A stretch of 60,421 nucleotides of DNA, counting the filler. It is 5 parts of 5 records of this genome, joined end to end, with 100 filler letters (N's around TTAATTAATTAA, not from the genome) between each part and the next. Parts side by side here need not be neighbours in the genome. Positions count along the whole stretch, not along the records: positions 20,555 to 42,477 come from DRR723986_30072; positions 42,578 to 60,421 come from DRR723986_30256; 3 more parts are not named here. The stretch is one strand, 5' to 3'. The position numbers were made by a program, and so were the translations under genes. Shown one piece after another: positions 39,380-50,464 of the stretch. The notes under the pieces were generated by a model that worked only from the letters and a program-made list of their open reading frames with translations, did no database searches and was not told the origin of the DNA. Each line of letters starts with the position of its first letter. The first letter of the stretch is position 1.

Positions 39380-40222
39380 ATGTCAAAGCCAAACTGGAAA
39401 ACTGCTATTGAATTTGAAGATATTACTTACAAAAAATCGGATGATGGCGTAGCCAGAATCGCTTTTAATCGTCCAGATGTTAGAAATGCCTTCAGACCAA
39501 AAACAACAAGTGAATTATTGGTGGCTTTTGCTGATGCCAATGAGGATACCAATATAGGAGTTGTGTTATTATCGGCCGAAGGTCCGTCTTCAAAAGATGG
39601 TGTATATTCATTCTGTTCTGGTGGCGATCAGAAAGCAAGGGGTAAGGAAGGATATGTGGGTCAAGACGGCTATCATAGATTGAATATTTTAGAAGTACAA
39701 CGTCAAATTAGATTCATGCCAAAGGCAGTGATATGCGTGGTGCCAGGTTGGGCAGTAGGTGGAGGACATTCATTACACGTTGTTTGTGATATGACTTTAG
39801 CCTCAAAGGAGCACGCAATTTTTAAACAAACAGATGCTGATGTGACCAGCTTTGATGGCGGTTACGGCTCGGCCTATTTGGCAAAAATGGTTGGCCAAAA
39901 GAAAGCAAGAGAAATCTTCTTTTTAGGAAGGAATTATTCTGCGCAAGAGGCTTTTGAAATGGGGATGGTGAACGCCGTTATTCCTCATGATGAATTAGAA
40001 GATACAGCTTACGAATGGGCTTTAGAAGTGCTTGCTAAATCACCTATCTCTATTAAAATGCTGAAGTTCGCTATGAATTTAACGGATGACGGTATGGTGG
40101 GGCAGCAAGTATTTGCCGGTGAAGCAACCCGTTTAGCTTACATGACTGATGAGGCAAAAGAGGGGAGAGACGCTTTCCTTGAAAAACGTAAACCCAACTT
40201 CGATAAAAAGTGGATTCCCTGA
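39380..40222 (+). CDS. menB: 1,4-dihydroxy-2-naphthoyl-CoA synthase
   Basis: FCSGGDQ, LNILEVQR, GGGHSL, SFDGGYG; TAACTTTG box at 39357-64 supports ATG 39380. Confidence 0.97.
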   Translation: MSKPNWKTAIEFEDITYKKSDDGVARIAFNRPDVRNAFRPKTTSELLVAFADANEDTNIGVVLLSAEGPSSKDGVYSFCSGGDQKARGKEGYVGQDGYHRLNILEVQRQIRFMPKAVICVVPGWAVGGGHSLHVVCDMTLASKEHAIFKQTDADVTSFDGGYGSAYLAKMVGQKKAREIFFLGRNYSAQEAFEMGMVNAVIPHDELEDTAYEWALEVLAKSPISIKMLKFAMNLTDDGMVGQQVFAGEATRLAYMTDEAKEGRDAFLEKRKPNFDKKWIP

Positions 40223-40268
40223 ATCTTTGGACTAAGCGTTAAATTCGAAACAAACTATAAGAGGTAGA

Positions 40269-40313
40269 TCGAGTGATCCGTCTAGGCTGAGCCAAGACGG
40301 GATTGTCTCGAGA
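40269..40313. repeat. REP-like long hairpin between convergent genes
   Basis: TCGAG-TGATCC-GTCT-AGGCTGAGCCA-AGAC-GGGATT-GT-CTCGA nested stem; GC-rich in AT-rich context. Confidence 0.55.
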
Positions 40314-42149
40314 TCACCCGTCAATCGTAATAATCTCCAACTCTCTAGTGTTACGCATCAATCGCACCCAAACAATGCGACCGTCTGAAAGGTGCACAAA
40401 CTCATTTCCATCTCGGTTTATGCCACTATCCGGCATTTTACAGGCTTCTCTTTCTTCTGAAACGTAGTGACTGTTTAAATCGGCTGCTTTGGTTTCACGC
40501 ATAATTCGCTCGTCTAAATACACATATTTCTCCTCAATGCTATTTACCAGACCTGTGTTACTGTATTTGATTTCATTGTAAATCACGAGCATTCGTCCAT
40601 TCACAATTCCAATTTTAGGATTGGCCTCTTCAACAAACTTGGTTTTCGTTAATTGAGTAACCTTAACATTTTCACCTTCCAAGTCGCATTTAACTATAAA
40701 TATGTCATTCATTCCTCTGTTAGCTGATCGCGGATTAGGGTCGTGATTCGTTTTAGCGTTTTCTTCCGTCTCTAAAGCGATATAAAGCATGTCGTTCCAA
40801 ACAATTGGGTCAGAAATATGACTGTCTGCTGTGTAATTATCTCCAAGAATTCCATTGAACGGAACCAATATTTCATGCCAGAATGAGCTGGAATCAGTTG
40901 AATCTTTGTGGATGGTCAAATTGACTTTTGACAAGGAAAGACCTCTTGGGTCGTTGTCACCAATACTGTATAAATAAACATTGTCTTTATGTCTCACCGA
41001 TTTTTGGCCAAAGCAGTGGCTAACATGCCATAGGTCTTTCTTACCTTTTTTCAAAAAGCCGGTTTGTACTGAAAAGGTCTTATAAGCGCCCTGTTGAACC
41101 ACATTGGCCATTCCAACACGTTTTTCAGAGGTGGTGTAAACAATTCCAATTGAATCTGCTATTTCTAGACACACATTATCTCGCGAGTAAAAGTCGAAGG
41201 TCTGGTTACCTGGTGCTTTTGTATTGTCTTTTTTAAATACAGATTGCGTAAAAATTAATTCGCCATTGGCTTTATGTTTCGTGAGATACATACTCGGGTA
41301 GATGTCATACCTCAATAAATTATAGTCATCAGAGGAAAGCGCAAAAAAACCATCTTTTATTGGTTCAATTTTATGAATCAAACGGTCATAATGAAATTTT
41401 GATTTGATTTTAAACGTATTATCTACAATGAAAACCTCTGAGCCATCAGCATGTGCGAATGCAATAATAATATTGTCATTTTCATCTACAGCAACAACCG
41501 GGTTATCAAAATCATTGGATAATCCAAATGGTAATTTGACCTTGTAATGGTTGATGTGTTTGGCAATTTCTCCTTCATTTACTACTGCTTTTCTATCAAA
41601 AAGAGTTGCTCTTTCAAGCCCGGCAGATTCTAAAATAGAAACTAGGGTATCTTGAGCGGCAAGGAAATCTTTTGCTGGAAATGCTGATTTAACTGAAGCC
41701 ATAAACTGCGTAGTTTCGTCAATTTTATAAATCAAAGTCAGTTTTCTTAAACCATCATCATACTCTATTCTGAACTTCTGCATTTTCATATCCAATAGCT
41801 TATTGTTCAGATTTTCAAATGATTCTATTTTGAAATTTTTGAATTCTTTTTTACGAGCTGTTTTAGGTTTGTAAGATGATTCTAACCATTCCCAAATATC
41901 CGCCTTACAAGTTTCTCTGAATTCGTAAAGTGCTTTTCCGTATTTAAACGAGTAGTAATAAATATAAGCTGTGCTATCTGCTCGCAAACGTGTAAAAGAA
42001 TAGGTGCTAACGCCATCAGTCATTATTGACGTTTTATTTCCAGCTGCCGCCTTTTCAGGTACCTCAAGTGTGACAGTCGAAAGTTTTATCCGTTCTGCAT
42101 GAGAAGAAAAACTGCAGGCTAATAATAAAAAAACAAGTATGCGATTCAT
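40314..42149 (-). CDS. Secreted hypothetical protein (611 aa), beta-rich C-terminal half
   Basis: Signal peptide ending SHA; long clean ORF. Confidence 0.8.
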   Translation of the reverse strand: MNRILVFLLLACSFSSHAERIKLSTVTLEVPEKAAAGNKTSIMTDGVSTYSFTRLRADSTAYIYYYSFKYGKALYEFRETCKADIWEWLESSYKPKTARKKEFKNFKIESFENLNNKLLDMKMQKFRIEYDDGLRKLTLIYKIDETTQFMASVKSAFPAKDFLAAQDTLVSILESAGLERATLFDRKAVVNEGEIAKHINHYKVKLPFGLSNDFDNPVVAVDENDNIIIAFAHADGSEVFIVDNTFKIKSKFHYDRLIHKIEPIKDGFFALSSDDYNLLRYDIYPSMYLTKHKANGELIFTQSVFKKDNTKAPGNQTFDFYSRDNVCLEIADSIGIVYTTSEKRVGMANVVQQGAYKTFSVQTGFLKKGKKDLWHVSHCFGQKSVRHKDNVYLYSIGDNDPRGLSLSKVNLTIHKDSTDSSSFWHEILVPFNGILGDNYTADSHISDPIVWNDMLYIALETEENAKTNHDPNPRSANRGMNDIFIVKCDLEGENVKVTQLTKTKFVEEANPKIGIVNGRMLVIYNEIKYSNTGLVNSIEEKYVYLDERIMRETKAADLNSHYVSEEREACKMPDSGINRDGNEFVHLSDGRIVWVRLMRNTRELEIITIDG

Positions 42150-42297
42150 TGAAATGAAAGGTTTGAGGTTAAATATAACATTTCATCAAGGATGTAGAGG
42201 AAAGGGACAAAAGAAAAGGATTAATTTTTATTAACAGGTCTTCCAATTACACAGGAATCTTTTTCATGATTAATGAGTTTGTACGTTTCGAATCAAT

Positions 42298-42305
42298 TAT
42301 ATTTG
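42298..42305 (+). promoter_or_regulatory. Bacteroidota -7 element (TATATTTG) for the tRNA
   Basis: TAnnTTTG 18 nt before the tRNA, TTTG at 42278-81. Confidence 0.7.
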
Positions 42306-42322
42306 CCAAGCAATTAATAATT

Positions 42323-42405
42323 GCCCAGGTGCTGAAACTGGTAGACAGGCCATCTTGAGGGGGTGGTGTCCTATGGGCGTGCGGGTTCGAATCCCGCTCT
42401 GGGCA
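42323..42405 (+). tRNA. tRNA-Leu(GAG)
   Basis: GCCCAGG/TCTGGGC acceptor, TGGTAGAC D-loop, CCATC-TTGAGGG-GGTGG anticodon arm, long variable arm, GGTTCGAATCC; CCA not encoded. Confidence 0.97.
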
Positions 42406-42411
42406 CAAAAG

Positions 42412-42446
42412 AAATCCGATTGGTCGTGAGACCTTCCGGATTTTTT
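42412..42446 (+). terminator. Terminator after tRNA-Leu
   Basis: AAATCCG..GGTC-GTGA-GACC..CGGATTTTTT. Confidence 0.75.
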
Positions 42447-42477
42447 ACTTTATAACTAGCATGAGCTAGCTCATGCT

Positions 42478-42577
42478 NNNNNNNNNNNNNNNNNNNNNNN
42501 NNNNNNNNNNNNNNNNNNNNNTTAATTAATTAANNNNNNNNNNNNNNNNNNNNNNNNNNNNNNNNNNNNNNNNNNNN
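42478..42577. other. Artificial contig spacer
   Basis: Same linker. Confidence 0.98.
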
Positions 42578-44468
42578 CACCATCTAAACTGAATTGATAA
42601 GGAGCAGTTCCTCCACCAACACCAATAGTTACTGAACCATTAATACCACCTGCACACGCTACTGGAGATTGAGAATCTACTACAGGAACTGGTCCAGCCG
42701 CAGCCGGAATGTTTACATTCACCGTTTCAGTACATCCATTTGCATCTGTCACTGTAACCGTGTAAGGTCCTGCCGCTAATCCGTTAAATGTAGGTGAACC
42801 TTGCAAAGCACCACCTACGTCATATTGGTAAGGACCTGTTCCACCACCGGCAGAAACTGTAACCGATCCATCAGGATTACCACATGTAGCTGGAGAATTT
42901 GAAACTTCTATTAAGGTCACATCCGTTGGTTCTGTAATATTAATATTACTCAAAGCAGCCTGACAACCATTGTTATCTTGAACAATTACATTATAAGTTC
43001 CAGCACAAAGGCCCGTAAATGTTGAAGTTGCGCCAAATGCACCACCATTTAAATTATATTGATAACCTGGGGTTCCTCCTCCTGGAGGGTTAACAGCAAT
43101 TTGCCCATCACAAACGCCAAAACAAGAAGCGTTTGTTGGAGTTTGAGATGCCGTTAATAAAGGCGGTTCACCAACCGCTACATTAACAGATGATTGACAT
43201 CCGTTGAAATCTGTAATTGTAACCGAATAATTTCCTGCCGCTAAATTATTTGCAGTTTGAGTCGTTTGATTACCTGCAGCAGCATTCCACTGATACGAGT
43301 ACGGTGCAACACCGTTTGCTGGATTGGCTGTAGCCGACCCAGTTGCATCTCCGTTACAAAGTGCATCTATAGAAGTAGCCGACACAGTACAGCAAGCAGG
43401 CCCCGGTGTTATAGTAAAGTTTTGTGTTGCAGAACACGCACCAACATCATTAACAGTAACTGTGTAGTTACCTGGTGCTAAATTTGTGAAGTTTCCAGTA
43501 CCATTCGTAGAAGGCGTTGGACCAGCCAATGTAAAAGTAAATGGAGCGACACCACCAGTAATTGAAATATTCGCAGTTCCTGCATCATCACCTAAACAAG
43601 GTTCAATTCCCGTTACAATATTTGTAATATCCATTGAAGCAACGTTTACCGTTACGTTATCACAAACAGAATTAATCCCGTTTGTATAACAACAAGTAAA
43701 GGTTGTTGTAGTTGTTACGTTTGTTGAAACATTTGGTGCATCTGGAAAACCAGGAATGTGAGACCAATCATAATAATACGGTGCACAAGGATTCGCGTAA
43801 ACATAAAAATTATCTATCCCCCAGTGGTCGTATGCAGTTCCAGATGACCCGTATTGGTGCAATTGAAATTGCGTATTTGCAGTTTGACATCCCGCAGGGA
43901 TAGTAAAGCAGTAATTAGCCCAGGTCGTAAAAGCACTCGGACCATTTGTTCCACCACCTCCGGTAGTTTGTGTAACTTGAATATTACCTCCCGGCTCAAA
44001 GTATACGAAATCAGTCCAAGTTGCACCTCCATTCGTTGAGCATTGCAGAGCAACTCCCTCACTTAATAAATCTGGCCCTTCACATGGAGCAGCTCCACCT
44101 TGGGTTTCCATTCTAAAATCAAAACAAACTGTTCCTCCGCACGAAACATCAACTGGAGCAGTTGTCATCTCTCTAGGAGCAGCAGTACCATTACCCATCC
44201 ATAAAAAAGTGGTACCGTCTGGTGACGGTTGACCACAAGGGTTATTAAACTGTGCAGCAGCAGAAGCGGCCCACCCTGGAGCAACCGCTCCTGTATTAAA
44301 GTCATCTCCAAAAACTGGAGTTGTTGAGTTTCCTAAGGCTGTTAAATCAACATTACCACCTCCACAAGGCAAATTAAGAGGATTTCCTCCTACAGTAATT
44401 GTTTGGGCGTTAACATGTGACAGACCGAAAACGCATAATGTCGTAATAAATAAACTAAACTTTTTCAT
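42578..44468 (-). CDS. SprB-repeat adhesin-like protein with N-terminal Reelin-repeat-like domain, 3'-truncated
   Basis: Signal peptide; repeated C.G...G.....GG..PY.Y....Y.VTV.D.NGC units; runs off the contig end. Confidence 0.88.
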
Positions 44469-44480
44469 GATCGGGTTTTT

Positions 44481-44900
44481 TTATCTTGTAATTTGAACAT
44501 TGTCAAGTTCAAATCGACTTAACTTTCTGTTATTGGTTAATGAAATCCATTCTTTCATAATATAGAATGGCCCTCTCGGGGTATCGCAATCTCCTTGAAC
44601 AGAAGAATTAGACGGAACAGTAAAAGTGAAATGATTTTCAGGACTCTTAGGCTGAGTAGTAACTAACTTACCATTATACCAAATCATTAAATCCCAATCT
44701 ACAGTAATTTCCTGCGATTGAGTATTAACAACTTTAATAATAACTGCGCGTTGGTCAGGCAATTTATTATCTAAGCAATCTTCTAATTTCGTATAAATCT
44801 CAACTCCATCTATTGTTTTATATAACTCCCAATCATTAGACTGTGCTAAGGATACAGATGAAATAGCAATGGATAAAAAAAGTACCAAAAATCGTTTCAT
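44481..44900 (-). CDS. Secreted hypothetical protein (139 aa)
   Basis: Signal peptide ending SLA-Q; co-oriented within the T9SS cassette. Confidence 0.8.
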   Translation of the reverse strand: MKRFLVLFLSIAISSVSLAQSNDWELYKTIDGVEIYTKLEDCLDNKLPDQRAVIIKVVNTQSQEITVDWDLMIWYNGKLVTTQPKSPENHFTFTVPSNSSVQGDCDTPRGPFYIMKEWISLTNNRKLSRFELDNVQITR

Positions 44901-45019
44901 ATTCTTATAGGTTTAATCATTAGACGTTATGCTTGTCTAAGGGTTGTCATTTTGTTGAATTATTTTTTTAGTTGATTTCAGACTGGGCTATTTTTCTGGC
45001 AACAAGTTGGATAGGTTTA

Positions 45020-46402
45020 TTATTGCCTGTTATAATATAATATCAATGTCTCCTCGTCTGGCAGTTGATTCGCTTTATAAGAAGCATATGCCAAACCTTC
45101 CCCTTTTTTAGTTGAATAATAAAGCATAACATAATACAAATCATTACGCTTATTCTTAATAATTCTAGCACTTGGAAATTTAGATTTGATTTTCCTAACC
45201 AAAGCATCTGCGTTTTTCTTCTCGGCAAAAGCTCCCCCAATAACGTAATAGCCATTGGGCGTGTCATTATTATTCAATTCAATGAAATGATCTCCTGAGT
45301 TCGATTTTACATCTTCATTATTTTCTACTTTTTCAATCATTTCGTCCTTTGGCCATTTTGCCAATGAATCTTCAAGAATCTGATTGGTACTTTCTAAATC
45401 AGCGATATCCTCCTCTTTTACGTCAATGACTTTTTTAAGACTATCTAATTGTCTTTGATTGTCTGCCATTAAACTATCTAGCATTCCATCATCTTTCACT
45501 TCTTCGATTCTTGGAGGAACCGTATACCTTAGCATAATCTCCGCGTTAGGGGCGTTATTAAAGGTTGCAATTGAACCAATTTGAAAATCATATGCTAAGC
45601 CTATTTTTAAATTCTTAATGGCATTCACACCAACATTGATTCCAACAGCGTAATCACTTTTATACATCCCACCAATCCAAAAGTATTTTTCCATTTCAAA
45701 GTAAACACCTCCATTATATTGAATCGGGGCATTAATTGTAAAATTAACTAAGGCTTCAGGTCTCAACACTATTCCTTTCTCATCATTAAGCCTCCATTCG
45801 TACCCCAAATTCCCTAAAAATTGTCTTTCTAATTTGAAATGGGAACCTGCATCATCACCATAACTCAATTTTGACCCGAGCACTTGAGGTACTGCAACTC
45901 CAAATTTCAACCCAGAATAATAAAAATTAAGCCCAACATTTAAGTCAAACATTGTTCGCCTGGCTTTTCCTGTATTTGTTAAAATTGGATCGGTTACATC
46001 TGAAACAATGGCATTTGAAAAATCCAAACGATTATCAACCACCCCTAAACCTGCACCAGCGGCCAAATAAGCTTTCTCCCCTAATCTTACTCTGTAAGAG
46101 TAGAGTAAATGTGCTTTCAATTTACTCGTAATCCCTACAAAATCGTTGTACAGATTAATTCCTAAACCATGCTTATCTTTTAATAAAAAACCAACGGCTA
46201 AATTATTAGCATTAAATCCCTCACCATAATTCCCCCATTTTTGGTTTCGAATGAGTGAAATATCCACTCCTTTTTCAAATCCAACATAAGAAGGGTTATA
46301 AATTCGTGGAGATAAATGATATTGATTATACATAGGAATCTGCTGAGACCAGACGCTCCCTGCAAGAAACAATGAGATAAAAAGTATATTTAATTTAGTC
46401 AT
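45020..46402 (-). CDS. PorP/SprF family T9SS outer-membrane protein with coiled coil and C-terminal SPOR-like domain
   Basis: QQIPMYNQY...YNPSYVG, RNQKW, IGLAYD..., EIMLRY; GYYVIGGAFAEKKNA SPOR-like motif. Confidence 0.88.
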   Translation of the reverse strand: MTKLNILFISLFLAGSVWSQQIPMYNQYHLSPRIYNPSYVGFEKGVDISLIRNQKWGNYGEGFNANNLAVGFLLKDKHGLGINLYNDFVGITSKLKAHLLYSYRVRLGEKAYLAAGAGLGVVDNRLDFSNAIVSDVTDPILTNTGKARRTMFDLNVGLNFYYSGLKFGVAVPQVLGSKLSYGDDAGSHFKLERQFLGNLGYEWRLNDEKGIVLRPEALVNFTINAPIQYNGGVYFEMEKYFWIGGMYKSDYAVGINVGVNAIKNLKIGLAYDFQIGSIATFNNAPNAEIMLRYTVPPRIEEVKDDGMLDSLMADNQRQLDSLKKVIDVKEEDIADLESTNQILEDSLAKWPKDEMIEKVENNEDVKSNSGDHFIELNNNDTPNGYYVIGGAFAEKKNADALVRKIKSKFPSARIIKNKRNDLYYVMLYYSTKKGEGLAYASYKANQLPDEETLILYYNRQ

Positions 46403-48104
46403 TCCCAGTTAAAGTTAATGCTCCCTGAATTGGATCAGGAAATAAAGGGTCATTCAATCGAATGATATAGAAATACGTACCATCCGGCAATATGTTTCCA
46501 GAATATGAACCATCCCAGTCATTAATGTATGGAGAAGCTTCATAAACCACCTGACCATATATATTAAATACTGTAACCTCATTAGCAGTATAAGCATCTA
46601 TATTTTCAACAAACCATAAATCATTGAAACCATCACCATTAGGTGTGAACAAATTAGGAATGATCAAATCAGTTAAATCAGGCAGTACAGTAATGATAGC
46701 CGTAGTTGTATCAATACACCCATTAATATCTGTTACCTCAACATAATAAGTTGTATTGGTTATTGGACTCACTGTTGGGGTTTGAGAATTAACGTCATCA
46801 ATGTTTTCGTCAGGCCACCAAAAGAAAGAAGTTCCTCCAGTAGCATTCAACAGAATCGACTCCCCTTCTGTTATTGTGGTATCCGGGCCAGCTGTGATGT
46901 TTAACGGTAAAACATCTAAAACATGAGGAGCAGACCAATCAGAAGGGCAAGTGCCAAGTTGAACCTCTGCAGAAAAATAAATTGTTCCGGCATTTAAGTT
47001 AGAAAAGGCATAAGTTGAATCTACCCCCCCTATTGTAGGCAACCATGTCACCCCACTATCTAAGGAATACCACCAAGTGAGAACCGTTCCATTAAAACCA
47101 GTTACATAAAGAGAAGAGTCGTTTAACTCATTACATACAACAGACGGTCCAACAACCGTACCTCCATAGGATCCAGGAATTAATGTTAAAGTTACAGCGT
47201 TTGAAGTATCTGCCGGACATACCCCGTTCTGCACAATGAATTGATATTGAATAGTATCAGATAAATTCAAATAAGGAATAGAATCAGCACCAACACTCTG
47301 AGCTATAAACGTATTTCCGTTATCCGAAGACTGCAACCAATCAACAGGGTTCCCAGTATAACCAGTTGACTGAATCCATCCTCCATTACCATTATCACAA
47401 ATATCAAAATCAGCTGGTAATGTACCTGCGTTGGACAACTGATCAATCGAAAGGGTATAAACCCAAGACGTATCTGATGGACAATAACCAAACAGTGAAC
47501 CAATCACCACTTCATATTGTGTTTGAGTATTCACATTTAAGTAAGGAAAAGTATCGGCGGTACTACTCGTATAAGACCAAGTTGCACCGTTATCCGTTGA
47601 CTCACCCCATTCTTGAATATTCCCAGTATAACCTGAAAGCTGAATATTTCCAGAATTCATCCCTATACAAACCACATCACCAGCTGGACCAGAAAGCGTA
47701 CCTGGAATTGGTGCACAATCGGATTCAACTATAAAATCTAAGGTATCATTTGCATTATTTGGATCGCCAGGAGCATAACAATAAACCCTTAAATTATGTT
47801 GTTGACAAGCTGAAAAATCGTCAGTAACAGGGAAGGTGTAAATATAAACAGCTGAAGGCCCTAAGGTTGCAATTGGCGCCACATAGGTTACCGGAGGGCC
47901 ACCATTTAACTCATAGGTCATATCCACATTACCGAAGTGGGTTCCAGGACCTGCATTAACTAATAACACAGTAATTGTTTCATTCCCCGACAAATTACAA
48001 CCACTCGTTGGCGCTTGTAACGTAGCGCTTATTGTGAGATTCTGTGACAAACCGGAAAAAATTCCGATACCCATCACAAAAATAAAAGACAATAATTTTA
48101 TCAT
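46395..48104 (-). CDS. T9SS type B CTD (gliding motility-associated C-terminal domain) protein
   Basis: IPNLFTPNGDGFNDLW...VFNIYGQVV...WDG...LPDGTYFY; three ~88-aa repeats with S.D.G.TW/F. Confidence 0.92.
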   Translation of the reverse strand: MIKLLSFIFVMGIGIFSGLSQNLTISATLQAPTSGCNLSGNETITVLLVNAGPGTHFGNVDMTYELNGGPPVTYVAPIATLGPSAVYIYTFPVTDDFSACQQHNLRVYCYAPGDPNNANDTLDFIVESDCAPIPGTLSGPAGDVVCIGMNSGNIQLSGYTGNIQEWGESTDNGATWSYTSSTADTFPYLNVNTQTQYEVVIGSLFGYCPSDTSWVYTLSIDQLSNAGTLPADFDICDNGNGGWIQSTGYTGNPVDWLQSSDNGNTFIAQSVGADSIPYLNLSDTIQYQFIVQNGVCPADTSNAVTLTLIPGSYGGTVVGPSVVCNELNDSSLYVTGFNGTVLTWWYSLDSGVTWLPTIGGVDSTYAFSNLNAGTIYFSAEVQLGTCPSDWSAPHVLDVLPLNITAGPDTTITEGESILLNATGGTSFFWWPDENIDDVNSQTPTVSPITNTTYYVEVTDINGCIDTTTAIITVLPDLTDLIIPNLFTPNGDGFNDLWFVENIDAYTANEVTVFNIYGQVVYEASPYINDWDGSYSGNILPDGTYFYIIRLNDPLFPDPIQGALTLTGND

Positions 48105-48369
48105 TTCATTGATTTTGAGAATCTCTCCAAATATAGCCTAATTTATAAGGATATCCAAGATTCATTTACTTGGATGAACTACAATCTTAAAATTGCCTCA
48201 TTAAGTATAAAAACCTAGCTTCACAAACAGCTGAAAAACAAATAGTTAACAAGTTGCAAAAGTTCAACAACGTGTTATATTTATAACGTTTTTAGTTCAC
48301 ATTCATTTATTTCAGATTCATTATTTGAAAGAAATTTAAGCTAAAAATTAAATTAACTTTGTATCCATC

Positions 48370-49506
48370 ATGAACATAGATTTGAACAAAAAGATTGGAA
48401 TTTTAGGCGGAGGCCAATTAGGCAGAATGATAATTCAAGAAGCTATTAATTACAATATCTCTCTTCATATTCTTGATAAAAAAGGAGCACCATGCGAGGG
48501 ATTAACTCCAAATTTTAAAGCAGGAGATATTACTAACTATGAAGATGTAATATCATTTGGTAAAAACCTTGACTACTTGAGCATAGAAATTGAGAATGTA
48601 AATACGAAAGCCCTTCATGAGCTTGAGAAAAAAGGGGTGAAAATTTTTCCTCAGCCGAGTATTATTGAACTCATTCAGGACAAAGGACTTCAAAAGGAGT
48701 TTTACAAAAAAAATGGAATCCCAACAGCAGATTTTGCTATTGTTGAAATAGGAGACAAAGGCGAGAACGCCCCTCTGGATTTTCCGTACATCCAAAAAAT
48801 GAGGACGGGTGGATATGACGGCAAAGGAGTTCAAATAATTAGATCTAAAGATGATTTAACCAAGGGCTTTTCTGGCTCTGTTTTGATAGAAGACTTGATT
48901 CCCTTTAAGAAAGAAATTTCGGTCATTGTTGCCAGAAATGAAAAGGGTGAAACAGCTGTTTACCCTACAGTTGAGCAAGAGTTTAATCCAGAGGCAAATT
49001 TGGTTGAGTTTTTATTTAGCCCTGCAGATGTCACTCCAATTATAGAAGAAAAAGCAAAGAAAATTGCATGTTCAATTATAGAGAAGCTAGATATGATTGG
49101 ATTGCTAGCGGTAGAATTATTTTTAACCGAAGAAGATGAATTACTAGTAAACGAAATTGCACCTAGACCTCATAATAGTGGACACCACACAATTGAATGT
49201 AATGTCACATCACAATTTGAACAACATTTGCGGTCAGTTTTAAATTTCCCACTTGGCGATACTAAAATTGTCACGCCCGGCGTTATGATAAATTTATTGG
49301 GAGAAAAAGACTCAGAAGGCATTGCGACCTATATAAACATGCAGGATGGCTTAAAGCTGTCTGGTGTTAATTTTCACCTATATGGAAAAACCACAACAAA
49401 GTCGTTTCGAAAAATGGGTCATATCACCGTAATTAATCAAGATTTAAATAAAGCGAAAGAAGTAGCTAGAAATCTGAAAAACACTATTAAAGTCATTGGA
49501 AAATAG
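48370..49506 (+). CDS. purK: 5-(carboxyamino)imidazole ribonucleotide synthase
   Basis: IGILGGGQLGRM, GYDGKG, NEIAPRPHNSGH, RKMGH; TAACTTTG box at 48354-61. Confidence 0.97.
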   Translation: MNIDLNKKIGILGGGQLGRMIIQEAINYNISLHILDKKGAPCEGLTPNFKAGDITNYEDVISFGKNLDYLSIEIENVNTKALHELEKKGVKIFPQPSIIELIQDKGLQKEFYKKNGIPTADFAIVEIGDKGENAPLDFPYIQKMRTGGYDGKGVQIIRSKDDLTKGFSGSVLIEDLIPFKKEISVIVARNEKGETAVYPTVEQEFNPEANLVEFLFSPADVTPIIEEKAKKIACSIIEKLDMIGLLAVELFLTEEDELLVNEIAPRPHNSGHHTIECNVTSQFEQHLRSVLNFPLGDTKIVTPGVMINLLGEKDSEGIATYINMQDGLKLSGVNFHLYGKTTTKSFRKMGHITVINQDLNKAKEVARNLKNTIKVIGK

Positions 49507-50464
49507 ACGACATTTGAACCACATTGAATCACTTAGAGCCCTCGCAGCCCTGAGTGTTTCTGTCTATCATTTCTCAGCTTACTATTCGTGGTCCGATTCA
49601 ACCAGCACTAATTTCGCATATGGCGCACAAGGTGTTGAGATATTCTATATTATTTCTGGGTTTATTATCCCCTATTCTCTCTATCATTCTGGATATAAAA
49701 TCAAACATTACTTCACCTATTTAGCTAAACGATTTGTTCGATTGCTCCCGCCATATTTTGCAACCATTGTTTTGATTCAGCTTATCGGGATTGCTTTGTG
49801 CGCATTCTTATGGGGGTGTTCGCACGACATTAATGTGAAACAAATCATAATTAATGCACTTTTTTTAGCGGATTTATTTGATAATTACGATTGGATTAAT
49901 CCCATTTTCGCCACGCTTGAAGTTGAAGTTCATTTTTATTTATTTATCGGGCTAATTTTCCCAGTTTTATTGAAGTCAAAACTACTTCCTTCAATAATTT
50001 GTATTACTCTTCTCACTTTAGGAATTCTCACCAAAAACCATGATACTTTTTTAGTCAATTCACCCTACTTCATTTGTGGAATGGCAGCATTCTTCATACT
50101 TGAAAACAAACCAAAGCTCGAATGGTTACTTCCTTTAGTATTTGCCTTCGCATCACTAATTATTTGGTATATGTGGCAAGATGTAATAGCAGCAATGATT
50201 GGAGTTGCACTGATTCTATTTCTACCGTCAACATTTAAATTTTTGAATTTTACAGGCAAGCTGTCTTACTCATACTACTTGGTTCACGGCCTATCAGGAG
50301 GATGGTTTTTATATTTTTGTAATCAAGCCGAAATTGGTACTTCTTATCCATTATTAATGATGATTTGCGCAATATTAATTAGCTGGATCGTAGCCTTTTT
50401 AATGTATTTTTCGATTGAAAAAATATCAATCCGATTTTCAAAAAAATTAAAGTATCAGAAATAA
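49496..50464 (+). CDS. Acyltransferase family 3 (OafA-like)
   Basis: [43 protein letters not shown]; multi-TM. Confidence 0.9.
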   Translation: MENRRHLNHIESLRALAALSVSVYHFSAYYSWSDSTSTNFAYGAQGVEIFYIISGFIIPYSLYHSGYKIKHYFTYLAKRFVRLLPPYFATIVLIQLIGIALCAFLWGCSHDINVKQIIINALFLADLFDNYDWINPIFATLEVEVHFYLFIGLIFPVLLKSKLLPSIICITLLTLGILTKNHDTFLVNSPYFICGMAAFFILENKPKLEWLLPLVFAFASLIIWYMWQDVIAAMIGVALILFLPSTFKFLNFTGKLSYSYYLVHGLSGGWFLYFCNQAEIGTSYPLLMMICAILISWIVAFLMYFSIEKISIRFSKKLKYQK

